64,000 bases of DNA from Macrostomum lignano (lineage: Eukaryota). Both the position numbers and the translations under genes were made by a program. The notes below the pieces were generated by a model. It was not told the origin of the DNA and made no database searches. It saw only the letters and a list, made by a program, of their open reading frames with translations. Location of the stretch: assembly GCA_002269645.1 (NCBI GenBank), contig NIVC01002125.1:111065-175064 (forward strand), in the 5' to 3' direction. Positions 28,402 to 36,923 of this stretch are shown here, piece after piece (position 1 is the first letter of the stretch; each line of letters starts with the position of its first letter).

Positions 28402-30114
28402 CTGCGAGAATTCGGTCCGGCCCTCCTAACTTGACGCTTTTCCCGTAACTTTTACGTACCCAAAAATGCATATATATATATACTCGAATACGATTCTCTG
28501 CTCCGGGATCTGCGGGCCCTAGTGAGGGATCTTTCCATCCTATCCCAGAGCTAGTTCCCTTTCTCCCCTTCCCATATCTGAATCCCAATCCCATTTATCT
28601 CTCTCCATCCGCACCAATTCTCCAGCTGCCGTTGGTTCAGGCGCGGTGATTTTCTCACTTCGCGGGTTGCGATCAGCATACTGCCGCTATATGTGACCAA
28701 GCTAATAAAATTCAAGCAAAATGAGAGACGCCATTTTTACCACATACTGTTTAAAAACTCCAGAGTAAAAAGCTTGATGTACAATTTTGATACCTAAAAT
28801 ATATTCTGGTATTTTTGTATCGTCTGCTCAAAAGCGCAGCCACATGGGATTACAGATCATTTATTTCAGCCACAGCAGACAGGCCACCACATGCACTGAC
28901 TGCTCAAGCGTCCGGCCAGACTGTTCTCATTTGGAGTGAAATTGTAACTTTAAATTCGATCATCATTCGTCGTCGTTAGACTGAGCTGGACATTAGAATT
29001 TTGAGTTCAGTTCTGAGTGATCTCTGTTAAGCCACCGCAGCTGTAGAGATCTCCAAAATACAGTACAAAGCAAACTACTAGAATTAGTAAGATAAAAATG
29101 CAAAAAACTCTAAATCTAAAAATTACAAGTAGTCACAGTCAATTTTTTAAGACCACGAAAAACAACAAATGATCATTTTTGCAACATTTAAATTTCGAGC
29201 ACCGAATGTGGTAATGGATGCTCGAAATTTATTGTATTCGCAAGAATTCTATTCAATTTTCTATGAGTCAAATTTCCAAAAAGTGAACTCGTCACCTACC
29301 CAAAATAACCTGCTTCTCGCAAGATTTTCCTATAAATACAAGCCAAAATCAGAGCTAAAAATCTCAGACTCGAAGCAGCCTCAAAACATCTTGAGCTTTG
29401 CCAGAGCAGCGGAGCGAGGCTATATCTCTCAGGGAGACAAATACCAATTCGTAAGCCTTTGTTCCAGTCTTCGTTATTTGATTATTGAGAGCGATTTTAT
29501 TGACGGCCGTTACCGATCAGTTGATTTAACTGAGGCCTCCCCTTTTCCTAAGGGATTGGATAGGATCTGCGGACCGATTCCGATACCCTTAGAGGATTAT
29601 TGATTGATTGATTTTGTTACCCTAGAGTAACCGGTCGGGCCGGGGCTGTTGCCCCCAGGACCCCGGGTCCTGCACGCAATGGCGTGGTGAACTATCTGTG
29701 CAGTATGAGACTGGTATGGCCCTTATCCCAGCCAGCGATGCTCACACCTGCCTCCCCTGGCGGGCTGATAGCTCAAGAGACTCTTTCTCCTGATTTTCAC
29801 CTTGCAAGGCGCACTTCGAAGGGTACTCTTCCCTTGGGTGTTAAGGCAGGCTCTTGGGCCTTGCCGAGCTGATTCGTTGGCGCCGGGTCCTGGTGTGACC
29901 ATATAAACGCACCCTCTAATGTCCCAGTGTAACTCCGTGCTGATGGACGCTTGGCCAGGGAGTAGTCTGGTCGCTAACGGTTCCCCTTGCGCTTTTGGGT
30001 CCCCCCGCAGGGTGGTATTTTGCTTTTTGGGGGCCTGCCGCTTGGTTTGGGGTTGCGGCCTTGCGGCTCTTTGCCTGTGTTCTGCAGGAAGTCCCACCTT
30101 TCTACTTCCAGCCA

Positions 30115-31633
30115 ATGGCTTCTAGCCGAAGTACCCAACCGGCTGTGGATGACACAGTGCCTCCGGCCTCGGCTGGGGCCGTGGACTTCGCGGCCATACC
30201 ACCTGCTACCATCGGGGACGCCTCGGCGAGATCCGTGGAGCCAACTCTGAGCGGTTGCCTCCGAGAAGACACCTGCTACTCCAGCTGCCAAGCAGCTGAG
30301 CACCACCTCTGGAGCTGCCCGCCGTCGACTTAACAAGGCGAGGCGGGCCAAGGAGGGCGGAAGCCTAACCGGCGCCAGGGGCCAACGGCCCGCGGCAGCG
30401 GAAGCTTCCCAATCTGGGGCGGTGGCGGAAGAGGGCCTCGAGCCCACTGAAGTCCCTGCCCAGGATAGGGAGGCCGATGCAGCCGGGAGGGTGGACAGCC
30501 CACCTAAAGAAGGCTCCACCGACACCCGGGCCTCCTACGCTGATACGGCAAAGAGGCAACCGGCGGTTGTCATTCTGGGGAAGGACGCGCGCCTGTCTCC
30601 CGACCAGCTGAAGCAGGTGAGAAGTGCCGTTGATGGCCTCCTGTGGAAGCAAACTCTGAAGGGCACGCCTCTGAACATTCATTCGAATGCGACGAGGGAC
30701 TCGTGCCTTCTCATTTGGCCCAGTGATGCTGACTCGGGTCGGCGGCTCCTTGAGCTGCTGCCCGAGCAGAGCTGGGACCTCAATTTAGCCTTCTGCAAAG
30801 AGGACGAGCGCCCCCGGACCAACAAGCATCGAATCTGGGTTCCGGCCAGGAGCGTCGTTACCTCTGCTGACGAGCTCCGGAAAGGACTGCCAGCAGTCAA
30901 CCTGGAGCTTCCCGCCGCGGGCCTAGTGGTGCATGACACCCTTAAGTGCACCGACGTCACTGGCTTCATAGCCATCCTGGGGCTGTCGGACGCCTGGATG
31001 AGGCGCTATCCACACGGCAGCTTCATCAACGTCGGCCTTTGGAAGCTGCGCATCTGCTCCTACCAGAATGACCCTCCCCGTGGCAGTGAGCAGGGCGGGC
31101 GGAATGCCGAAGCAGCCGGGGCCGAGGCGCGAGCTTCTGCTCAGGCTGCCAAAGCAAACCGCCCCGCCCGGCAGCACGGCCGCGCGGGTAAAGCCGAACG
31201 CGCTGCTGAGGGCGGAGGAGACCGACGCCCGGCGCACAACACCAAGCGGCGCGGCCTGTACCAGCGCGCAGCTGAGGCGGTCCGCTCCGCCAAAATCACC
31301 CAGCTGAGGCGAGAGGTCGCCGGGTCACCTAGGCGCACCAGTTCGTCCAGGGAGGGTGGGGACGTCCCATCTGGGCCCAACCCCTCGGGGCAGGGCCGAC
31401 TGGAGACGGACCCGCCTGCCCAGGCGGCTGGCTGCTCCAGGGCATTGGGCCAGTCTGAAGCGGAGGACCCCGTGGCCGGTGGGCGAAGGGCGGCGAACGC
31501 TGCCTATTGCCTTCCGACCAATCGGGGGCCTTTTGCTGAAGAGGAGCCCATGGACACCGGCGACCCCGACCCGAAGCTGGTGAGCGCCGAGGAGGAGGAG
31601 GAACTCCTGGCATCAACACCCGATCTGCACTGA
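30115..31633 (+). pseudogene. LINE ORF1, frameshifted near 30250
   Basis: ATG 30115 (MASSRSTQ...) is in a different frame from the long downstream frame containing SGAARRRLNKARR and the 30422-31633 ORF. The stop TGA overlaps the ORF2 ATG. Confidence 0.7.
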
Positions 31634-31921
31634 TGCCAGCGGCTACCTGGTGTCTGCAGATCAAAACCCAGCACTGCGTGGCGGCGTCAGTCAACCTGAT
31701 GCGCACGACAGAGCAACAGCTTCCGGGCCTGGTCTTCGTGCAGGAGCCCTGGATGACTAAAGGTAAGCCAAATAATGTGCCATCTGGCTACCACTGTTTT
31801 TGCATGGCGGAATCTTAGCCTCGCCCAAGATCTCTGGTCTTTGCTGCAAAAGCTTTTGAGGCATGGATGAGACCTGATCTCTCGACTGGGGGACATCTGC
31901 GTTGTTCAAATCAATAACTTC
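31633..31921 (+). pseudogene. LINE ORF2, 5' part (APE endonuclease N-terminus)
   Basis: MPAATWCLQIKTQH...VFVQEPW; premature TAG 31816-31818; extra G in the run at 31888-31892. DICVVQINNF rejoins IPNKPVLV at 36924 once the Gypsy element is removed. Confidence 0.85.
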
Positions 31922-32135
31922 TTTGAGCATTCTATGCACCTAAATATTCTAATGTTGTTCGTAGTCCTATTTGTACGTGCTTGCGTTTGGGGGTGGTTGT
32001 TTGCAACTTGCGGCTGCGCCCGTGTGTGTGCAACACCCAAACCCCACCTCAATCTTCGGCTTATAAAATATATCGATTGTCAGGCCTGAGCGCCAAGTCG
32101 GTTTTCTCGCAATCTCAAACCTCGCTCGTTTTACA
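31922..32135 (+). repeat. 5' LTR
   Basis: By eye identical to the 3' LTR except position 2 (TT vs TG); ends ...TTTACA; TATA-like TTATAAAA near 32061. Confidence 0.93.
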
Positions 32136-32136
32136 C

Positions 32137-32147
32137 TGGTGGCAGCG
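32137..32147 (+). promoter_or_regulatory. primer binding site, tRNA-Leu type
   Basis: TGGTGGCAGCG, 1 nt after the LTR end, complementary to the ...CGCTGCCACCA 3' end of tRNA-Leu (AAG/TAG type). Confidence 0.8.
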
Positions 32148-32984
32148 ATGGACTCAACTCACACAAGTGAAAATAATGCTGCTTTGCTACCGCCGAAATT
32201 CTCCGGCCAGTCAAACGTGCACAAATGGCTCAGTGTCTTCGAAGACTTTGTAGAGGACAAAGGCTGGGACGACGCACAATCTGCTTCGAAGCTGAAGCTC
32301 CTGCTGCATGGTGAAGCCCAGATATGCGTTTGGGATCTGCCGGAGGCTGATAGGAAAAGCTACAAAAAGATAAAAGAGGTGCTACAAAAGCAGTTCGGCG
32401 GAGCAGCCAGCCAGCATCGCGCCATGGAAGAGTTCCAAGATCGGCGGAGAAACAGCGCAGAGACCCTGCGAGAGCTTTCGTACTCTTTGAGGCTGCTGTA
32501 CATGACAGCACGGCATGATGACTCCTCGGCGCTGCGAGATCGTGAGGTGAAATTTCGAATAATTCAGCTGATGACTGCGGACATACGCGACACCCTGCTC
32601 AAGGACAGGGACCTGGACTCCTGCACGCTGGAGGAGCTGGTCGAGCGGGCCACCAGGCTGGAGCAAATCGTGAGCAAATGCAAACCAGGCAACTCGCCCG
32701 CAGTGGCGATGGTTGACGATCGACTGGCACGGCTGGAGCAGCAGCTGGAGACCCTGACGGCTGCGGTGACGAGGGGCGGCAGCGCGAAAGGACGCGGTGG
32801 CGGCAGACAGAGAGATCAGCAGCAGCGGTCATCAGGCTGCTTTCGGTGCGGTAAGGAAGGCCACATCGCCCGCCGGTGCCCTGCTGGCGGATCTCAGGGC
32901 CAAGGTCGCTGCTTCAACTGCTCCGGCTGGGGCCACGGCGCAGCTGTCTGTCCGTCAAAGGCTCGGCCGTCGGGAAACTTCTGA
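32148..32984 (+). CDS. gag: Gypsy gag (two CCHC zinc knuckles)
   Basis: MDSTHTSE... open to TGA 32984; knuckles CFRCGKEGHIARRC and CFNCSGWGHGAAVC. Confidence 0.92.
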   Translation: MDSTHTSENNAALLPPKFSGQSNVHKWLSVFEDFVEDKGWDDAQSASKLKLLLHGEAQICVWDLPEADRKSYKKIKEVLQKQFGGAASQHRAMEEFQDRRRNSAETLRELSYSLRLLYMTARHDDSSALRDREVKFRIIQLMTADIRDTLLKDRDLDSCTLEELVERATRLEQIVSKCKPGNSPAVAMVDDRLARLEQQLETLTAAVTRGGSAKGRGGGRQRDQQQRSSGCFRCGKEGHIARRCPAGGSQGQGRCFNCSGWGHGAAVCPSKARPSGNF

Positions 32985-33027
32985 GGGTTGGCAGCGAAGG
33001 GCCAGCTCCAACCCGTCAATCAAGTGC
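32972..33027 (+). promoter_or_regulatory. -1 ribosomal frameshift signal (gag-pol)
   Basis: G GGA AAC heptamer in the gag frame (32972-32978), 6-nt spacer, stem GGGTTGG (32985-32991) / CCAACCC (33008-33014). pol is in the -1 frame. Confidence 0.75.
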
Positions 33028-36000
33028 CCAATCTGCACTCTCAATCTTCGTGCGTGCGCTTCTGCAAGGCAAGGAGGTCAGTTTCCTGCTCGACACTGGC
33101 GCACAGACATCCTTGATCAGCCGCAGTCTCGCGCAAGTCTGCGGCCTTCAGATCGAGCCCGGTGGAAGCTGCTGCCCGATCTCGGTCGATGGTGGCCGCC
33201 TGAGTTGCATCGGGATTGCCCGAGCCACAATTCAAGTCGGCCAGTCAGTCAAGGTTGTCCATGAGCTCAACGTGGTGGAGAACATCAGTCTGGATCTCAT
33301 CCTCGGCATGGACTTCATCACCCGAACCACCCGAGAGCTTCAGATCGACATCGTTGGTAGGACCGTACGCCTCAACGGAGAGAAAGTCCCGTTCTTCAAC
33401 AGCAGCTCAAGCGTCCGAATGGTGACCGGCACCCTCGTTGCTCGAGTGGAAAGCAAAACAAGTGTTCCAGCACGAAGCGAAAAGCTGGTGTGGCTCCGCG
33501 TCAAGTCGGAAGACGAGCAAGGCATCTTCGAGCCCGACGCCAACTTTACCCAAGCGACTGGTTTGCTTGTCTCGAGAGTTTTGACCGTTTCAGCTGATCA
33601 GAAGATTCCAGTCCGGGTGTGCAATTTAGGCTCCGAGGAGATGCTACTCTACGCCAACAAGGCCGTCGGCTCTTTTGAAGCTGCCGACCTGATCAACAAC
33701 AGCGCTGGCACAGTCAAGCAGTCGGACTGCTGGGATGTCAACCCTGACTTGGATGCGACTGACAGGCAGAGACTACTGGCACTACTCAAGGCGAACGGTG
33801 ACCTGTTCAGCACTCACGAGTACGACCTCGGCTCCACCGCGCTGCTGAAACATCGTATCGAGCTGCAGCCCGGCACGCAGCCCTACAAGCAGCGCCAGCG
33901 ACCGATTCCGCTGCCGGTTCGTGACCAGGTCGACCAGAAAATTGGCCAGATGCTGGAGCACGACATCATTGAGCCGTCCAACTCGCCCTGGGCCAGCAAT
34001 CTTATCGTCGTCCGGAAAAAGAGCGGCGACATCCGCCTATGCACCGACTGGCGTCAGTTGAACGCTGTGACCATCAAGGACGCCTACCCCCTGCCGCACC
34101 TGCAACAATCGATGGATGCTCTGGCGGGCTGCTCTTGGTTTACCACCATCGACTGCAAGCAGGGGTTCAACCAGGTCGTGGTCGACGAGGCAGACCGCTA
34201 CAAGACTGCTTTCTATTCCACACGAGGCCTTATGCAGTTCAAGAAGATGGGCTTCGGTATGTGCAACTCTCCTGCGACCTTCCAGAGGCTAATGGAGCTC
34301 GTTATGTCCGGCCTGACCTGGGAGGAGGTGCTAGTCTACGTGGACGACTTGATCGTGTTCAGTCGGAGCTTCGAAGAGCATCTGGCCAGCCTGCGCAAAG
34401 TTTTCGACCGGCTGCGAGCTGCGGGACTGAAGCTCAACAAGGACAAGTCGGTGTTCGCTCACAGGAGCGTGAAGTACCTGGGCCACATCGTCAGCCGGGA
34501 AGGAATTCGGCCGGATCCGGACAAAGTGGAGGCCCTGGCCAAGATTCAGTCACCAAGTTCTGCCGAGGAGGTGCGACGATTCATCGGCATGTTGTGCTTC
34601 TATCGCAGATTCATCAGGGACTTCAGCAAGACAGCAGCACCACTGCATGCCGCAACACAGAAGACGGGCTTCACCTGGACAGACGAGTGCGAGACGGCCT
34701 TCCAGACGCTCAAGGAGCAACTTGGGCGAGCACCTGTGCTTCGCCTGCCGGACTTCCGCCGACCATTTGTCCTGAGCTGCGACGCCAGCGCCTTCGCAGT
34801 GGGTGCGGTTCTCTGCCAGCGTTACGGAGACGCGGAGCTTCCAGTGGCATTTGCCTCCAGGACCCTCAACAAGGCGGAACGAAATTACTCGGCCACTGAC
34901 AGGGAACTGCTCGCCTTGGTTTGGAGTCTCAAGCACTTCAGAGCCTACCTGTGCAACGTGAAAGACTTCACTGTGTTTACCGATCACCAGCCGCTCAAGG
35001 GCCTGCTGCAGACCAAGGAGCCAGAGGGTCGGCTGGCACGTTGGCTCGACACCATCCAGCAGTTCAATTTCGCGCTCTGCTATCGGCCAGGGCGGGAGAA
35101 CGTGGTGCCAGACGTGCTCAGTCGGACGGCTGTCACTCAACTTGCAAATCGCGATGACTTCCTGGCAGAGCAGCTCCGAGACAGCCTTCTGCAGAATGTC
35201 TTCAAGGCGATCAGTGACGGCTTCGTCCACCTGTCCAAAGGCTGTCGGCAGCGAGTCGAAGAATTCCTAGCAAATGGCGACATCCAGATCGGGCAACACG
35301 GTGAGCTGGTCCGGCAGGGCAAACCGGTGGTGCCCAGTCACCTGCGTGCGCAGTTCCTGGCTGACGCGCACGACGCCGCCTGCAGCGGTCACCTCGGCAC
35401 AGACCGAACGCTGGACAAGCTCGCCGACCGCTGCTGGTGGCCGGGCATGCACAACGACGTCAAGAACTGGGTCGCCAGCTGCGCCGCTTGTCTTCGGCGG
35501 AAGAACAGCAGTCGGCCGCAGCGAGCACCACTGCAAGCGACTCCACTGCCGTCGAGGCCATGGGAGATGGTCCAGATCGATATCAAGGGTCCGCTGCTAA
35601 GGACACCACGAGGCAACAGTTACGTGCTGAGCATCTGTGACTTCTTCTCAAAGTGGATGGAGACCTGCGCTCTACCAAGCATCGAGGCTGAGCGGGTGGC
35701 CGACGCTCTGGTCAGGCAGGTAGCGCTTCGGCACGGCGTCCCAGACGCTATCCACAGCGACCAAGGGCGTCAATTCGAAAGCCATCTGTTCCAGTCCCTG
35801 TGCCAGCGGCTCGGCATGCAGAAAAGCCGCACTTCGCCTTTCCATCCCAGCGGCAACGGCCTGGTTGAGCGCGGAAACAGAACCCTTGGTGACATGCTAG
35901 CGACGGTTGTGGCAGAGGATCAGGACGACTGGGACCTCCAACTTGCCTTCGTCACGTGGGCCTTCAACAGCTCGGTGCACTCGACCACGGGCCTGTCGCC

Positions 36001-36637
36001 GTACCAGACGCTGCACGGATGGCCACCAAGGCTGCCAATCGACTCCAAGCTGCCCAAAGCATCGGATGGTTTCACTGATGCGCTGGACTTTGCAGAGGCA
36101 ACTCAGAGGCGCCTGCTGGACAGCCGGGCGCGTGTCCATCAGCAGCTGCAGGCGTCGCAGACCGAGCGCAACGAGCGGTACAACATGGAGACTCGGTTCC
36201 GGCCGTACAAAGAGGGCGACTTGGTGATGCTGAGCTGCAAGGTGGTGAAACCTGGCAGATCAAAAAGCCTCAGTAACCGCTGGACCGGGCCGTACATCAT
36301 CCTGAAGAGGCTCGGCGAGGTCAACTACCGAGTGCGGCCGGCCTCGGGTCCCGGTGTGCGGATGCGACGCAGGCAGGTGGTGCACCACGACCGGCTCAAA
36401 CCATTTGTGGAACGGCGCAACTCCTTACGGCCCGGCGACGACCTGCAGGCTACCGCAGACGAGACTGCTGACGGACTGGTGGACCCTCAGCTCCAGGCGC
36501 CTGATGCCTGGGTGCAGCTGTTCGACGGTAACGGCGGACCGGATGAGACAGTGACCGAGACCAATCAGCAAGAGGCTCAGCTGCCGAGACGGTCGGCCAG
36601 AGAGCGAAGACCTCCTGATTTTTATCGCCCAGTGTGA
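32972..36637 (+). CDS. pol: Gypsy pol (protease, RT, RNase H, integrase), expressed by -1 frameshift
   Basis: FLLDTGA (PR), YVDDLIVF (RT), CDAS and RELLA (RH), HHCC plus QIDIKGP / DQGRQF / NGLVER (INT), WTGPY (GPY/F), terminal RRSARERRPP. No internal stops. Confidence 0.95.
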   Translation, partial: GKLLRVGSEGPAPTRQSSAQSALSIFVRALLQGKEVSFLLDTGAQTSLISRSLAQVCGLQIEPGGSCCPISVDGGRLSCIGIARATIQVGQSVKVVHELNVVENISLDLILGMDFITRTTRELQIDIVGRTVRLNGEKVPFFNSSSSVRMVTGTLVARVESKTSVPARSEKLVWLRVKSEDEQGIFEPDANFTQATGLLVSRVLTVSADQKIPVRVCNLGSEEMLLYANKAVGSFEAADLINNSAGTVKQSDCWDVNPDLDATDRQRLLALLKANGDLFSTHEYDLGSTALLKHRIELQPGTQPYKQRQRPIPLPVRDQVDQKIGQMLEHDIIEPSNSPWASNLIVVRKKSGDIRLCTDWRQLNAVTIKDAYPLPHLQQSMDALAGCSWFTTIDCKQGFNQVVVDEADRYKTAFYSTRGLMQFKKMGFGMCNSPATFQRLMELVMSGLTWEEVLVYVDDLIVFSRSFEEHLASLRKVFDRLRAAGLKLNKDKSVFAHRSVKYLGHIVSREGIRPDPDKVEALAKIQSPSSAEEVRRFIGMLCFYRRFIRDFSKTAAPLHAATQKTGFTWTDECETAFQTLKEQLGRAPVLRLPDFRRPFVLSCDASAFAVGAVLCQRYGDAELPVAFASRTLNKAERNYSATDRELLALVWSLKHFRAYLCNVKDFTVFTDHQPLKGLLQTKEPEGRLARWLDTIQQFNFALCYRPGRENVVPDVLSRTAVTQLANRDDFLAEQLRDSLLQNVFKAISDGFVHLSKGCRQRVEEFLANGDIQIGQHGELVRQGKPVVPSHLRAQFLADAHDAACSGHLGTDRTLDKLADRCWWPGMHNDVKNWVASCAACLRRKNSSRPQRAPLQATPLPSRPWEMVQIDIKGPLLRTPRGNSYVLSICDFFSKWMETCALPSIEAERVADALVRQVALRHGVPDAIHSDQGRQFESHLFQSLCQRLGMQKSRTSPFHPSGNGLVERGNRTLGDMLATVVAEDQDDWDLQLAFVTWAFNSSVHSTTGLSPYQTLHGWPPRLPIDSKLPKASDGFTDALDFAEATQRRLLDSRARVHQQLQASQTERNERYNMETRFRPYKEGDLVMLSCKVVKPGRSKSLSNRWTGPYIILKRLGEVNYRVRPASGPGVRMRRRQVVHHDRLKPFVERRNSLRPGDDLQATADETADGLVDPQLQAPDAWVQLFDGNGGPDETVTETNQQEAQLPRRSARERRPPDFYRPV

Positions 36638-36693
36638 ATGCTTGATTTTCTGTGAACTTTTGCCATAGACATTGTGTTGCGTCTTTTAAACCC

Positions 36694-36705
36694 GGGGGGA
36701 AGTGG
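36694..36705 (+). promoter_or_regulatory. polypurine tract
   Basis: GGGGGGAAGTGG immediately before the 3' LTR. Confidence 0.8.
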
Positions 36706-36919
36706 TGTGAGCATTCTATGCACCTAAATATTCTAATGTTGTTCGTAGTCCTATTTGTACGTGCTTGCGTTTGGGGGTGGTTGTTTGCAACTTGCGGCTG
36801 CGCCCGTGTGTGTGCAACACCCAAACCCCACCTCAATCTTCGGCTTATAAAATATATCGATTGTCAGGCCTGAGCGCCAAGTCGGTTTTCTCGCAATCTC
36901 AAACCTCGCTCGTTTTACA
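36706..36919 (+). repeat. 3' LTR
   Basis: TGTGAGC...TTTACA, 214 bp. Confidence 0.95.
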
Positions 36920-36923
36920 CTTC

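Larger units (their letters stand above)
31922..36919 (+). mobile_element. full-length Ty3/Gypsy LTR retrotransposon (4998 bp), apparently intact
   Basis: Two 214-bp LTRs, PBS, gag, pol in PR-RT-RH-INT order, PPT, 4-bp TSD CTTC (31918-31921 and 36920-36923), no env. Confidence 0.96.

Noticed and set aside
36765-36923. N-terminal part of the 654-aa ORF, suggesting an env or extra gene
   Set aside because: It is just the 3' LTR reading in frame into the interrupted LINE ORF2.
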